DNA from: a virus
Taxonomy: Duplodnaviria > Caudoviricetes
Virus record (IMG/VR): IMGVR_UViG_3300012983_000001
Location: 128,001 to 192,000 of that record
Length of the DNA: 64,000 bases
Strand: one strand, 5' to 3'
Below, in pieces: positions 41,130 through 52,186 of this stretch (position 1 is the stretch's first letter; each line of letters opens with the position of its first letter). A program made the position numbers and the translations under genes. The notes under the pieces are model-generated. The model searched no databases, was not told the origin of the DNA, and was given only the letters and a program-made list of their open reading frames with translations.

Positions 41130-42210
41130 TATTCACACCTCCAGTCGTAGCTTGAATAAGATTGCCACTTCGTAAAGTCTCAAGATACTCAAGCTCTTCG
41201 ACTTCGTCAATATTGACTGGAGTAAAGATAACATAAGTTACATCGAAGTACGCATCATATACTACAGTCCATTTGCCGTCCACTGTTTCATGGGCATATT
41301 CTTCGTGCTCTTCGTCGAAACTTTCTCCATATACATAGCAATCATCTAATCTAAGCCTAGATTCATCAATTTTCCCTTTTATTTTAATATAAATAACATT
41401 AGTTTTCAAGCTAATATTTACATTATCTTCAGCTGGAAAAAACTCAAGAATCTCGATTGGCTCTTCCAAGCCATCAAGGAATTCATCAAGATGAAGAATT
41501 TCAGGAGTATCTTGTTCTGCAACTACAGCATCTGTTATTGCTTTGATAAATATCTGATGAACATCGCTCCATTCACCATTCTCACTTTTAACCCTAACAT
41601 GGTACATACCTTCTTCGGCATCAAAGACAGGAGTAAATCGCATCAGTTCTTCTATCTTATTGCCAGGAATAACTTCGTTACATAACAAAAGCTCGAAAGT
41701 ATTACTCTTCGAAACCTGGAAAATATATGATTCAGAACATTGATTCTTCCATACAAATTCAGGTATTGCATTTATGATACTTCCATATTTAGGCGATGTG
41801 ATTTCACATCTAGGGAAGCTTGCGACTGACTCTGTATAGAAGCAAGACACATGCTTCTTAATCATTTTATTCCCAGTAATATCAGTGATTCCATCGCTTA
41901 ACATTACCACATAACAGGTATCTGTATTAAATGGTTCGTCAGGCGTATACGTGAGAACCCTATCCTTGTAGGATATTGCGCCCTTCACTACACTGTATTG
42001 CGAATAATCTTTCAAGCTATTGATATTCTTATATATTTTGTTGTAATCTTCAAGAACTACAATGTTTTTAACGAAGCTTGCTGGGTTAATGTCAGCGCTA
42101 AATGTTATTTCAATACTGGAATGCACGTTAACGCTGGCCATTTGATGATTTGGAGATACGCTCAACACTCTAAGACCGATTGTTTCATTATTGTTGTTCA
42201 TGTATCTCAC
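41119..42210 (-). CDS. Ig-like (Big_5/SbsA-type) domain virion protein
   Basis: VLSVSPN...IEITFSADINPAS...LTYTPDEP...GITDITGN. Confidence 0.7.
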   Translation of the reverse strand: MRYMNNNNETIGLRVLSVSPNHQMASVNVHSSIEITFSADINPASFVKNIVVLEDYNKIYKNINSLKDYSQYSVVKGAISYKDRVLTYTPDEPFNTDTCYVVMLSDGITDITGNKMIKKHVSCFYTESVASFPRCEITSPKYGSIINAIPEFVWKNQCSESYIFQVSKSNTFELLLCNEVIPGNKIEELMRFTPVFDAEEGMYHVRVKSENGEWSDVHQIFIKAITDAVVAEQDTPEILHLDEFLDGLEEPIEILEFFPAEDNVNISLKTNVIYIKIKGKIDESRLRLDDCYVYGESFDEEHEEYAHETVDGKWTVVYDAYFDVTYVIFTPVNIDEVEELEYLETLRSGNLIQATTGGVNSED

Positions 42211-42221
42211 CTTCTATTCAT

Positions 42222-42698
42222 TTATTCAGCTTTTGCTTTGCGTCCGCCTCTCTTTGGCTTATCTCCTGTTTCAGCAGCAGGCTCAACAGTTGCTTCTGCT
42301 TGCTGAGTTTCGTCAGCAGATTCAGTAGTTTCATCAACCGTTACAGTCTCATCAGGATTTACCTGTGCGGTATCGCTATTCTCTTCGTCATTGGTTTGTT
42401 CAGGTTCAGAATTCTTCAGTTCTGGTGTTTCCTGAGCTTCCTGAGGCTTCTGTGGTGCAGGAGCAGGAGTTTCTTCCTTCTTTGGAGCTACTTCTGCGTT
42501 ACCCTTCACTGTACCTGTTTCAAGGTCAATTACACCATCAACGTCTAAGACCGTTTTAGCTTTGACTGCTCTTAAAATAGCAGCAGTAACCTCGTTGGCA
42601 TAGCCAACGGGGTTACTTACTGTCAAATGCAATCTTGAAACAGGACAGAAGAAAGCGTAATTGTTAAATTTATGTGTGTTCAACATCAACTTAATCAT
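42222..42698 (-). CDS. Hypothetical protein with acidic low-complexity tail
   Basis: Directly after the MCP gene; E/T/A/P-rich C-terminus ending KPKRGGRKAKAE. Confidence 0.6.
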   Translation of the reverse strand: MIKLMLNTHKFNNYAFFCPVSRLHLTVSNPVGYANEVTAAILRAVKAKTVLDVDGVIDLETGTVKGNAEVAPKKEETPAPAPQKPQEAQETPELKNSEPEQTNDEENSDTAQVNPDETVTVDETTESADETQQAEATVEPAAETGDKPKRGGRKAKAE

Positions 42699-42720
42699 TG
42701 TCTTTCTCCTTCCGTTCTAA

Positions 42721-43896
42721 TTACTGGTTGATAACAATCATGCGCTCTGGTGTAGCGTAAGACTTAGCCATGCTAATGTTCTTAGCGGAGCAGATTGCAC
42801 GACCTTCGTTATATGTACCGAAGCCATAACGCTCGATAACCTTAACGTTGTTGAGGTCACGGGATGGGTCTCTGAACTCTTCAGTCTTGAGCTCATCCTT
42901 AACAATCTGTACACCAACATTGTTTGCGTCTACGCAGAACATGTCAAAGGTCTTGCCTGCTCTGTCGATAGGAGCAAATGGAGACAGATTAACATTGAAA
43001 GAGAATGGGAGACGACCCTGAATGCTTTCAGGTCCGAGCTTGAACTGAGCGTTCGGCATCTCTCTCTTAGTTTCACGGTCAAACGGAGCTGTAAGAGAAC
43101 CAGTAAGACCATTACGAGCAAATACTGTCCATACAAGCGGATGCATGATAAGGTCAGTAGGAGTGTACTCGTTGTTGTAAACAGCAATGATGATATCGAG
43201 CAAGTCGTCGATACTCATTGTGTCATTCAGGTTACCCTGGAAGTCAAGACCAGTAGTACCAGCTTCTGGAATAGTACCTCTTAAGCTGTTATCGAATACG
43301 GTCCAGCCATGGCGTAACCATTCATCAAATGCCTTCTGTTCCTTAAGACGAGCCATTGCGCGGCCTGCTTCCTGAAGCAGAATAGAGATAAGGTCAAATT
43401 CCAAATCAGACTGTAATTCATCGGAATACTGGATACGTACACCGCTCTTACCAACGCTGATAAGAGAATTCTTGTGTAACTGCCAGTCAACAGTCTCTTC
43501 TGGAATTTCCTGACCTTCGGCAACATCATGTGCTCTCATAACGCCGATGGAAGGGAACATAACAGCCTGACCGTTCTTAAGACGAATCTTCTTATAGAAC
43601 TTGGAAGCCAGGTATACAGGGTCAGCCGCCTGTCTCATGGTACCAACGATAACTCTCGGAATAAGAACCTTTGCGGATGGAGATGCAAGGAAATCCTTAA
43701 AGCTAAAGCCAGGTACATTCTTGCCGTCCAGAACATTACTGAAAGCAGTAAATACTTTCTGGTCATCTTCGGTAAGTTGATACTGGTCTAACTCAGCATC
43801 TGTAAGCGGTAAGCCCTTAGTCAGTTTATCTTGTAATTCTCTCTGGATTGAGGCGTTTGCCTGTTCCATCTGGTCTAAAATATTAACTAATGCCAT
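42721..43896 (-). CDS. Major capsid protein (HK97-like fold)
   Basis: VLIPRVI...AHDVAEGQEIPE...KSGVRIQYSDEL.SD...AGRAMARLKE...IMHP...ERYG; position after protease/scaffold. Confidence 0.85.
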   Translation of the reverse strand: MALVNILDQMEQANASIQRELQDKLTKGLPLTDAELDQYQLTEDDQKVFTAFSNVLDGKNVPGFSFKDFLASPSAKVLIPRVIVGTMRQAADPVYLASKFYKKIRLKNGQAVMFPSIGVMRAHDVAEGQEIPEETVDWQLHKNSLISVGKSGVRIQYSDELQSDLEFDLISILLQEAGRAMARLKEQKAFDEWLRHGWTVFDNSLRGTIPEAGTTGLDFQGNLNDTMSIDDLLDIIIAVYNNEYTPTDLIMHPLVWTVFARNGLTGSLTAPFDRETKREMPNAQFKLGPESIQGRLPFSFNVNLSPFAPIDRAGKTFDMFCVDANNVGVQIVKDELKTEEFRDPSRDLNNVKVIERYGFGTYNEGRAICSAKNISMAKSYATPERMIVINQ

Positions 43897-43950
43897 TGTA
43901 ATATCCTCCTATTTTTATTTTTGCTGGCTCTTGCGAGCCAGCTTGAATAC

Positions 43951-45150
43951 TTATTTCTTAAGCAGCACGTACATAGCACCCTGAACACCCTTGAAGTCTG
44001 CCCAAGACGGTGTGCCATAATGCATTGCCTTATAAGTTGCGGTTACAGTAGCGTCAGCATCTGGAGCTTCAGCAACAGTGACGGAGATTAAGCCCTTCTG
44101 ATAGTTAATAGCAACCTTATCAGCAGCTACTTCAGTACCATCAACGAATACCTTAACGCCGTTCTGGAGATTGGTTAACTTACCACCTGCGAAATCCTTT
44201 GCCTGGAACTGAACGAGAGTACCAGCAACAGTACCAGCAGGGATAGCACCGATTTCCATATTGGTGTATTCGGTATCATTCTTGCCGAATCCATCGTAGT
44301 TACCAGAACCGTCATGAAGACCAATAATACCAGTTGGATTATTGATAAGCTTGGACTGGTAGTTCTGGAAGATAGTATTACCTTCAGCATAGCCTGGGTC
44401 AAACGGATATCCCTCATCGGAAGGAAGATTGGAAACGCCAGAACGATTAATGAACTCATTGTCATCATACTTGTACTGTTCTTCCCACAGCATCCACTTA
44501 AGCCAGCCAGTAGGCTCAGCATTAAGGTCGGAAGCGAGAACCTGACCAACGATTTCATGAGGCTTATCTGTATTTGGATTCCACTTGGTTAAACGACCAG
44601 ATGGAGTAGCCTTTAAGTAATCACCGTTCTGACATTCACCGATAACAGCACCCCATGGCATTCTGTTATCAACAGAAAGCTCCTGCTCTTCCTTGAGGAC
44701 ACCAGCTACGTCGAAAGTAGTCTGAGCGGTAAAGCCAGGCATATAAGGAAGCTGTACGTAATCCAGAGTAATGATGGAAGGCTGATTGCCGCCGAATCTG
44801 TCCATCTGGAACCAATCCTTAGTGAAGTTGTATGGAGCCATACCGATGGTGTTGCCACCTAATGCCATACCTGGCAGAGTAATGGAAGCAAGGAATTTCT
44901 TGGATACGTAATCCTTAACGGATGCGCCGACACCAACAACACGTCCCTTTGGAATAACTACTTCGTCCATTCCAGGACCGCCGTATTGGTAGTTGAATAA
45001 TACACCGTCCTTAAAGATGCTGCTCATCTTCTTATCTAAGAACTGTGGGTCGAGAATCCACTTCTCTGCTGGAGACATATGACCAGAACGCACTAACGCG
45101 GTATGAGAACGTGAACCCTGCTGGTTTTCATAACCTCTAAATAAAGCCAT
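43951..45150 (-). CDS. Capsid decoration/minor capsid protein
   Basis: Between scaffold and MCP; VVIPKGRVV, GDYLKA..SGRL, IVGQVL. Start MALFRG with SD AAGGAGG. Confidence 0.6.
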   Translation of the reverse strand: MALFRGYENQQGSRSHTALVRSGHMSPAEKWILDPQFLDKKMSSIFKDGVLFNYQYGGPGMDEVVIPKGRVVGVGASVKDYVSKKFLASITLPGMALGGNTIGMAPYNFTKDWFQMDRFGGNQPSIITLDYVQLPYMPGFTAQTTFDVAGVLKEEQELSVDNRMPWGAVIGECQNGDYLKATPSGRLTKWNPNTDKPHEIVGQVLASDLNAEPTGWLKWMLWEEQYKYDDNEFINRSGVSNLPSDEGYPFDPGYAEGNTIFQNYQSKLINNPTGIIGLHDGSGNYDGFGKNDTEYTNMEIGAIPAGTVAGTLVQFQAKDFAGGKLTNLQNGVKVFVDGTEVAADKVAINYQKGLISVTVAEAPDADATVTATYKAMHYGTPSWADFKGVQGAMYVLLKK

Positions 45151-45172
45151 CTTTATTTCCTCCTTATTGATA

Positions 45173-46639
45173 TTATTTGAACAACTTACCAACAATGTCA
45201 TTTGCAAAGTCGTCTACGGTCTTCTTTGCGGCGTTGTTGTCAGTAGTTTCTTTATTAGTATCGGCGGAGCCGTTACTATCTTTGTTGTCGTCCACTTTTA
45301 CTGGACTTGTTACCTGTGCAGGCTTGCGTACTTCCTTGGAGTCAGTAGTGGTCTGCTCTTCAGCCAACTTGTTAAGGTCCTTCATAGACATTGCCACAAG
45401 TGCTTCTTTACGAGCATCCTTTTCTTCGTCCTTAAGAGTACCAGCTGCGATTTCCTTAGCAATGATACCATCAGCTACAAGTTCTTTGTTAGCTGTTGCA
45501 AGTGCTAAGCACTTATCTTTCATATCATTTGCTTCGGTTTGAGCTGCGGTCAGGTCTTCCTGTGCTTTTGCTAATGCGTCTTTAGCCTCATTGAGTTCTT
45601 TCTCAAGGTTAGCTACTTTTTCATTAGCATCTGCCAAGTCCTGCTTGAGCTGCTCAGCCTCGTTATTAGTTGCATCTTCTGCTTGACCTGCTTCTGCTTC
45701 TGGTGCCTGGTCGTTTACTACAGGTTGCTCAGCTTCATCTTTATTCTCAGGAGTAGCTGAAGCATCTGAAGTTGTCGCTGCACCGTTGCCTAATAACTGG
45801 TCAATCATGTCGCAGACATTCTTCTTTAATTCTGCGCTCTTGTTGTCTGTGTTAGTTCCAGCCATTGGTTCTTCCTCCTTACTATCTTTCTTATTATCAC
45901 TGTCTGTAACAACAGTAACTTTCATGATTTGTGCGAAATCATCAGCAGGGTTGTTTACTGTGGATACCTCATGATATTCGATATCTCTTGCTCCCCAGTA
46001 ACATACCTGGTCTTTGTAGGACTCACCACGCCAATGACCACAGAACTTGAATTTGCCATCCTTCAGAATGGTCTTACCACAAATATTACATGTGACTGTA
46101 CCCATTGTACCGCCGATACTTACTGTACCATATCGACCATCCAAGAACTTTGGAATGGCATCTTGGTCTGTAACTCGTGTTCTCAAATGAATGGCGCTGC
46201 GCTCATCTGTGAGTGCTGACGGTCCATACCAAGATTGAGTAATACGACCAAGTGGCTCTGAATAAGAGTCATGGTTCTTAAGCATTGGCTTCTTAAATGG
46301 ATTAGTGAAAGATTCAGCGTCTTTCTCCATGCTGTCTTCATAATACACACAGTAATTATGATTCTTACCAGAATGGGTAGCTTCCATTTCAACATCAAGG
46401 GCAAGTACTTGAGTCTTACCAGCGGCCATGTCTTTTAATAATTGAAGATTATCAATCGCTTCGCCGTTCTGATTGACATATGTAATGTCATGGACTTTTT
46501 GTACTCTGTTCTTCATGTTGTCAGTAATAGAAGCGGAGGCGCTATCACCTAAATCACCGTTAATGTCACAAATCTTGGATACATCTACAGAAAATGTTTT
46601 TCCATTAGCATCCTGAACTTGTTGAATTGCATCTGCCAT
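45173..46639 (-). CDS. Prohead protease-scaffold fusion
   Basis: MLKNHD..PLGRI, YGTVSIGG, EVSTVNNPAD protease motifs with a CNIC..CGH insert; acidic coiled-coil C-terminal half. Confidence 0.85.
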   Translation of the reverse strand: MADAIQQVQDANGKTFSVDVSKICDINGDLGDSASASITDNMKNRVQKVHDITYVNQNGEAIDNLQLLKDMAAGKTQVLALDVEMEATHSGKNHNYCVYYEDSMEKDAESFTNPFKKPMLKNHDSYSEPLGRITQSWYGPSALTDERSAIHLRTRVTDQDAIPKFLDGRYGTVSIGGTMGTVTCNICGKTILKDGKFKFCGHWRGESYKDQVCYWGARDIEYHEVSTVNNPADDFAQIMKVTVVTDSDNKKDSKEEEPMAGTNTDNKSAELKKNVCDMIDQLLGNGAATTSDASATPENKDEAEQPVVNDQAPEAEAGQAEDATNNEAEQLKQDLADANEKVANLEKELNEAKDALAKAQEDLTAAQTEANDMKDKCLALATANKELVADGIIAKEIAAGTLKDEEKDARKEALVAMSMKDLNKLAEEQTTTDSKEVRKPAQVTSPVKVDDNKDSNGSADTNKETTDNNAAKKTVDDFANDIVGKLFK

Positions 46640-46640
46640 T

Positions 46641-48509
46641 TTAGGAACCCCTTTCTATCAACTGCGCTTGCATTGATTTATAGTTTTGAATATATGTCAT
46701 TAATGAATCCCGATAAATACTTATGCGGACATCAATAATGTCAATAATAGAAGATTCCGTACTGGTTAATGTATTTGTTCCAACCATGTCTGTATGTATG
46801 TGATTAATCAAATTGGTTGAGTGCTTAGCAATAGCATTTTGGATATCGTGTGCAACAACTTCGGAACCCCTTGAAATAATATACATTATTTCTTTGTTAC
46901 AAGCAACCACTTTTTCAACTAATCTGGTTTGTAAGATTTGTGTATCGGTTGCAAAACATTCTTTAATGTAATTATCTATCGAAAGTTCAAGATTGTCAAT
47001 CGAATCCTTTATTAAACCAATACTTTTTGCATCAATACTGTCACTCTTTTTGGATGCAGCTTTCTTATTGCCTGAACCACCAGATGTTTTACCGCCTTGA
47101 TTCTTCTGCTTGTTGTTGGTCTCTGAAGTTCCTTGTTGCTTAGCTGCTTCCTTCTGAGCTTGTAAGTTAAGCTCTGCTTCAACTCTAAGATTTTCTCTAG
47201 TGATAAGTTCAACAAACAGTTTTGCCCGTTCACCTTCAGGAATAGGGTCCATACCAATTTCATCTCGCATTTCATCTTCAGTGATAGCATTATGCTCGTA
47301 TTTATAGATAGCATGAACTTCTTTCTTAATCATGACATCGACATCATTATCGTTAAATTTAAACTCAACGGCCTGGTCTGGATTAAGTACTGGGTCATAA
47401 CCGCCCTCCATCAAAAGCTCTTTAATAATAAATGAGTTAAAAAACATTTCTATAACTCTACTAATAGCTCGGATACGGTCAGCCATTTCGGAAGTCATGT
47501 TGTCGCCTGTACTTCTGTTAGCAGTGTTACCTCTACCAAACATGATTTCAGGAATGCCCATGCCAGAGAACACTCTGGATTCCATATATTTTAAGTATGG
47601 CTCAGCATCTATAACCTTATCAGAAGCGATAGGTGTTATCTTTACTCTTTCTGTGGTTACTAAGCCACCTTCTACATCCATTCCGTCCAATGCTTCTTTG
47701 AGTTGGTCTACTTCTTTGGAAGTACCTGTTTGCTCTTCAGTACCAACTGCAATATGATAAAACGGATAAATGTTACGATACATCATTTTCAGTACATTTT
47801 CTTCTGCCTGTCTTAATGCTCTTACGTCATCAAGTACTGGAATCAAGAAGCTTGTACCATAAGCATTGCCTTTTTCGCGTTTATAATAGAAGTGGACAAC
47901 GTCTTCTGGTGGAAATGTTTGTGTACCACCATCATTGTCTTGTTGCCATTCTGTTACTGTTCCAAATTCATCTCGCTTACATTTCATTGTTACTGGATTG
48001 GCACAAAAATAACCGACAACTGGGTCTTTACCATATAAGCCTGTAACGGTTGTTCCTTGCGGTATTGCATTTGGGTCGTTGTTTCTTGCCTTAACAATCA
48101 TACAGTTACCATACTTTACAACGTCTTCTGCAATATCCATTAACAATTGATTTGTTGGAGTGCTACTTGCTTCTGCAATATATGCAAGTCTAAGCTTTAA
48201 GTAATCAACTGCATTTGAGTCTGTCCCATAAAAGCTATAACCTTCTTTGAATATCTGGTCTACGTATTTGTCGACACCCTGGCGGACATATGAATCGGTA
48301 TTGTAACCGTTTTGTATGTCTTCCAGGTCAAAGTCAGGGTCTTCAAAATCAGTATCGCTATTCTCTTTATAGGTAACTTTCTTGACAAACTCAGATGCTA
48401 ACTCTCTACCAGCTCCTCCACCAGAACTACCAGATGCATCTTCTTCAGTTACAGACGGCAGTAATTCTTTGAAGAATTTTTTGGCTACAAACATTTTTAT
48501 TCGATTCAT
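46641..48509 (-). CDS. Portal protein
   Basis: YGNCMI, EDVVHF...YGTSFLIPV, GMGIPEIMFG, ITEDEMRDEIGMDPI. Confidence 0.88.
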   Translation of the reverse strand: MNRIKMFVAKKFFKELLPSVTEEDASGSSGGGAGRELASEFVKKVTYKENSDTDFEDPDFDLEDIQNGYNTDSYVRQGVDKYVDQIFKEGYSFYGTDSNAVDYLKLRLAYIAEASSTPTNQLLMDIAEDVVKYGNCMIVKARNNDPNAIPQGTTVTGLYGKDPVVGYFCANPVTMKCKRDEFGTVTEWQQDNDGGTQTFPPEDVVHFYYKREKGNAYGTSFLIPVLDDVRALRQAEENVLKMMYRNIYPFYHIAVGTEEQTGTSKEVDQLKEALDGMDVEGGLVTTERVKITPIASDKVIDAEPYLKYMESRVFSGMGIPEIMFGRGNTANRSTGDNMTSEMADRIRAISRVIEMFFNSFIIKELLMEGGYDPVLNPDQAVEFKFNDNDVDVMIKKEVHAIYKYEHNAITEDEMRDEIGMDPIPEGERAKLFVELITRENLRVEAELNLQAQKEAAKQQGTSETNNKQKNQGGKTSGGSGNKKAASKKSDSIDAKSIGLIKDSIDNLELSIDNYIKECFATDTQILQTRLVEKVVACNKEIMYIISRGSEVVAHDIQNAIAKHSTNLINHIHTDMVGTNTLTSTESSIIDIIDVRISIYRDSLMTYIQNYKSMQAQLIERGS

Positions 48510-48548
48510 TTTTCTTCACCATCCTGCCTTAATTTATAATATACACTA

Positions 48549-49589
48549 TTAAACATCCGATTTGTAGCTAAAACTAGCGTAAAGATTCTTTAAAAAGTAT
48601 TTTTCGCTTTCTAATTTAGCCATTTCGGACAAAAAATACTGATTTCCAACAAAGCTTCTGTTAATGTTCTCAAGTGCTTCATCCAGTTGCTTTCTACAGG
48701 CTTGTATTCTATTACCTATAAAGACAGAATTACTGTTGGCACCAAAGATATCATATAATGCTAACATCTCTTTACGCTTATTATAATAATTGTATAATGT
48801 TTTCTGCATTATTTCAATACTTTGTTGTGTATCATATGCATCTTTTCGGTATTTTATTTCATTATTGGCGTCTTCAAAGTACTGAACCAACAAAGATGCC
48901 TTGGATTCATCAGTTGTTGTATCATCTGTTTTGTTCACGACATTTGCCAATCCAATTACTTGTTCGTTTGCTTGAAATGCATACATGTTAACAGACCTAT
49001 TAACAGATATATCGGATGAAATTGCTAAATATCCTATTTGTGCCATGTTGCCGTCTGCTTCAAAGGCTTGTATTTTCTTTAGATAGTCTTCGTCTTTTTG
49101 CTTGGCATCCTCAGTGCTAATAGATGCAGTACCATAATACAGTTCTTTAATGACTGTACTAAGAACTCTTAATCGTTTTTCTGTATCATAGATTGTACCA
49201 ATAAGCTCTGGAACTAAACTACCAGTAATGGATTGTTGATGGTATGCAATAAAACTATCAATATATTCTGTATTATTACTCTCTATTGCGCTCAACAAAG
49301 ATGAGATTTCTCCATACTGATTCCAATTGCCATTTTGAAACGTTGCGGCTAATTTGTCAATAAGTAATTTCATATTTTTGAGAACAAAGTCAATGTTTTT
49401 TAGAGACGTACTTGGTAAATTATTTTTTAAACCAATAATAGTATTACTATACGTAATTTTACCAGAATGATTAGTTTCTAAAGATTGCTTAGCGCTTTCA
49501 TCACCATTATTGATGCGTTCTTTCGTGTATTGCAATGTAGGCTGATAACCTATAACCGCACCATCATCATGAAGTTGGTTAATACTCAT
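48549..49589 (-). CDS. Hypothetical helical protein between terminase and portal
   Basis: 346-aa ORF translationally coupled to terL. Confidence 0.6.
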   Translation of the reverse strand: MSINQLHDDGAVIGYQPTLQYTKERINNGDESAKQSLETNHSGKITYSNTIIGLKNNLPSTSLKNIDFVLKNMKLLIDKLAATFQNGNWNQYGEISSLLSAIESNNTEYIDSFIAYHQQSITGSLVPELIGTIYDTEKRLRVLSTVIKELYYGTASISTEDAKQKDEDYLKKIQAFEADGNMAQIGYLAISSDISVNRSVNMYAFQANEQVIGLANVVNKTDDTTTDESKASLLVQYFEDANNEIKYRKDAYDTQQSIEIMQKTLYNYYNKRKEMLALYDIFGANSNSVFIGNRIQACRKQLDEALENINRSFVGNQYFLSEMAKLESEKYFLKNLYASFSYKSDV

Positions 49590-51505
49590 TAAAACTTCCT
49601 CCTTTGATAAGCTGTGGCACGCTTATTTACGGGTTTATTATTATAATTAGTTACACCTATGATACCATAAGTACTACTTGGTACTGCATGAATAGCCTCA
49701 AACGGAAGGTCTTCAGTGTCTCCAACCAGCAATGCACGGCTTTTAACGTCAACATCTCTATTATCAAGAGTGCCAATAAACACAGTCTTGATAGAAAATA
49801 CTTTCTTTAGAAGAGCTCCGTATTTCTGCTCAAATATCAACAAGGCAAGGTTCATAGAGTCAATAGCGTGTTCATTTTCATCAGTATATTGTGGTAAACC
49901 TGCACTACTGATAGATTTTACTCTATATTCTTCCAGTTGTTGAATCATAACCTTGTCTTTAGGGTCCAGAACAATCTTGCCTTTCTCGAATAGATTAACT
50001 GAATTGTTAACCATGAATGGCTTGAGATGTTTTTGGTCTTTCTTACGGGTATATGGGTCGGTAACTTCAATTTTTTGTGAGAACTGATAACCCACTACCT
50101 TGTCTGCTAATCCAGTTTCTGGATGTTCTTCTCCGTATTTGTGAAGCATTTCAAGCTGAACTTCGCCATAACCACGGTCAATAGCTATCCAGTCAAATTT
50201 ATATTCATCGTTTAGTTCAACAATTTTATTCATGGCATTGACATATGTAAACTCTGAACGGGCAATTTCTATACGGAACAGCATTTTAAATATCGGAACG
50301 ATACGCCCTTCATGGTCTTGATGGAATCTATCAAATTCCATACATACCATATTGGTTGCTGCTGCATATTTATCCCAGTCAACACCAAGAATACGAATAC
50401 ATTGACCTTGAGTACGCTTAAGATATGCTTCTCTTTCTTCAGGTGTCCACTTGGTAATGTATTTATATTTAAGCCTTTCGCCTTCAGCAACGGCTTCGTA
50501 GATATATTTCTTTTGGTATACACCAAGTTCTTCTTCACCAAACTCTGCCATAACTTCTTGAACATAACGCATTTCAGATAATTCATCGCGAATATCTTCA
50601 AGATATGTTTGTAATGTGTCTGGATTCATCTTAAGAAGCTCTTTGTTAACGTTAGAAGGCGCATATATTTCTGTCCAACCATTACCTTCGCCAATAGGCT
50701 TTTCTTCGATTTGATAACCACTAAATCTATTATTTTTAATATCGTCTTGTGTTGGAAAATACTTTTTAGACGCACCCACACACCAACGATAATACTCTTC
50801 GTGCTTACCAGATGGAGTTGAAGCACATATAAGTCTGATACGCTCAGGTGCTTCATTACGAATATTAAGGATATTTGTTACTTGATTTGAGCCTATATAG
50901 TCACATTCGTCTAAAATAATAACGTCTGCACGCTGACCACGAGTCGAGTTTGCTCCGCCAGTAGCATTGTTAGCTCCTGCTGTCAAACCAAGGATATTAC
51001 TAGTTACCCCATTGATATTAAAACATATATTATGATGAACATCTCTGGATATCAAACCTGTTAACAACGGAGAAACTTCGATTAATTGATGCAAACGCTT
51101 AAAAATCAAGTCAATTTGCGTCTCATACGGGGTTGCAATAATGATATCATACTGATTATTTGGTCCTTTATTGTATTGAGTATATGCAAACCACAAAATA
51201 AGTACGCACATATCGTCAGTTTTACCAAGACGACGACCTAATCTTAGCACTAATTTCTTAGATTTTTTGCCTTCAGTAAGAATTGCAAACTGATAATCTC
51301 TGGCTTCCCAGTCAAGATAGACTTTTGCCCAGAGCACAGGATTATCGGTAATTATGTATTCCAAAGCTTCGTTTTTGGCCATTTTATAGGCATTCATGAC
51401 ATAATTGACCCGTTTATCCAGTTGATTATCTAATGGAGTCAATAATTTAATGACTTCATCAAGCTGTTGGTCATTTAATTCCATAATCGTTTGACTTGCT
51501 GCCAT
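49589..51505 (-). CDS. terL: Terminase large subunit
   Basis: Walker A GRRLGKT, Walker B VIILDE, ASTP coupling motif, RNase H-like nuclease ILGVDWD...AIDRGYG...HAIDS. Confidence 0.95.
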   Translation of the reverse strand: MAASQTIMELNDQQLDEVIKLLTPLDNQLDKRVNYVMNAYKMAKNEALEYIITDNPVLWAKVYLDWEARDYQFAILTEGKKSKKLVLRLGRRLGKTDDMCVLILWFAYTQYNKGPNNQYDIIIATPYETQIDLIFKRLHQLIEVSPLLTGLISRDVHHNICFNINGVTSNILGLTAGANNATGGANSTRGQRADVIILDECDYIGSNQVTNILNIRNEAPERIRLICASTPSGKHEEYYRWCVGASKKYFPTQDDIKNNRFSGYQIEEKPIGEGNGWTEIYAPSNVNKELLKMNPDTLQTYLEDIRDELSEMRYVQEVMAEFGEEELGVYQKKYIYEAVAEGERLKYKYITKWTPEEREAYLKRTQGQCIRILGVDWDKYAAATNMVCMEFDRFHQDHEGRIVPIFKMLFRIEIARSEFTYVNAMNKIVELNDEYKFDWIAIDRGYGEVQLEMLHKYGEEHPETGLADKVVGYQFSQKIEVTDPYTRKKDQKHLKPFMVNNSVNLFEKGKIVLDPKDKVMIQQLEEYRVKSISSAGLPQYTDENEHAIDSMNLALLIFEQKYGALLKKVFSIKTVFIGTLDNRDVDVKSRALLVGDTEDLPFEAIHAVPSSTYGIIGVTNYNNKPVNKRATAYQRRKF

Positions 51506-51512
51506 GTTATAC

Positions 51513-51740
51513 CTACTTTCCGAGTATTTTCTTTAATGCCAATACGGTACCTGCTGTACCAGCACCAATACCCATACCGACTAAGCCATGTGTAAATCCT
51601 CCAGCAATGGACCCCGCTATAACTTTAGCATCAGATGCTCCCTGATTTTCTAATTGTTCGCCTTTACGCATAAAGCCAACTGCTGTACCGATACTGCCAC
51701 CAGCAAAACCTGCTGTAAGCAAGCCAGGATGTATTTGCAT
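51513..51740 (-). CDS. Small glycine-zipper hydrophobic protein
   Basis: GxxxG-rich helices. Confidence 0.55.
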   Translation of the reverse strand: MQIHPGLLTAGFAGGSIGTAVGFMRKGEQLENQGASDAKVIAGSIAGGFTHGLVGMGIGAGTAGTVLALKKILGK

Positions 51741-51752
51741 AATTTACACCTC

Positions 51753-52184
51753 CTAAAAAGAACCACGATAATAAGTACGTGCTTCATTACCAAGCACTGA
51801 TTGTGTATTCAAACCATTATTGCGAATTGCATTCAAGCTACGTTGTCTCATTGTATACCCTGCCTCTGTCATATTAAAATGACCAGAGCCAAATTTACCA
51901 GCAGAACGATATCGTTGTCCCATGCTTTTTGCTGTATGTTGAGCAGTCGCTGGGACCAAAGAGCCAACAACTTGCGCTCCAATTAATGCAAATGAAGCTG
52001 GGCCTAACATTTCATAAAAAGCAAACGAACCAACTGCTTTAGCAATAGATACAACAGCGTTGTTGCCTTCCTTTCTTGCCTGCTTATAGTCTGATATACC
52101 ACCTACAACGTTTAAAACGTCTCCAATGTTTGCTGCTTTAGTAACACTTGAGAGACTTGCTTTTACCATTGCACCTGCGGCCAT
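51753..52184 (-). CDS. Gly/Ala-rich putative internal virion protein
   Basis: Amphipathic/hydrophobic helices; C-terminal TMRQRSLNAI...LGNEAR. Confidence 0.55.
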   Translation of the reverse strand: MAAGAMVKASLSSVTKAANIGDVLNVVGGISDYKQARKEGNNAVVSIAKAVGSFAFYEMLGPASFALIGAQVVGSLVPATAQHTAKSMGQRYRSAGKFGSGHFNMTEAGYTMRQRSLNAIRNNGLNTQSVLGNEARTYYRGSF

Positions 52185-52186
52185 AT

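Noticed and set aside
49589-51505. Intein or intron in terL, portal or MCP
   Set aside because: Lengths are ordinary and no splicing or homing-endonuclease motifs were seen.
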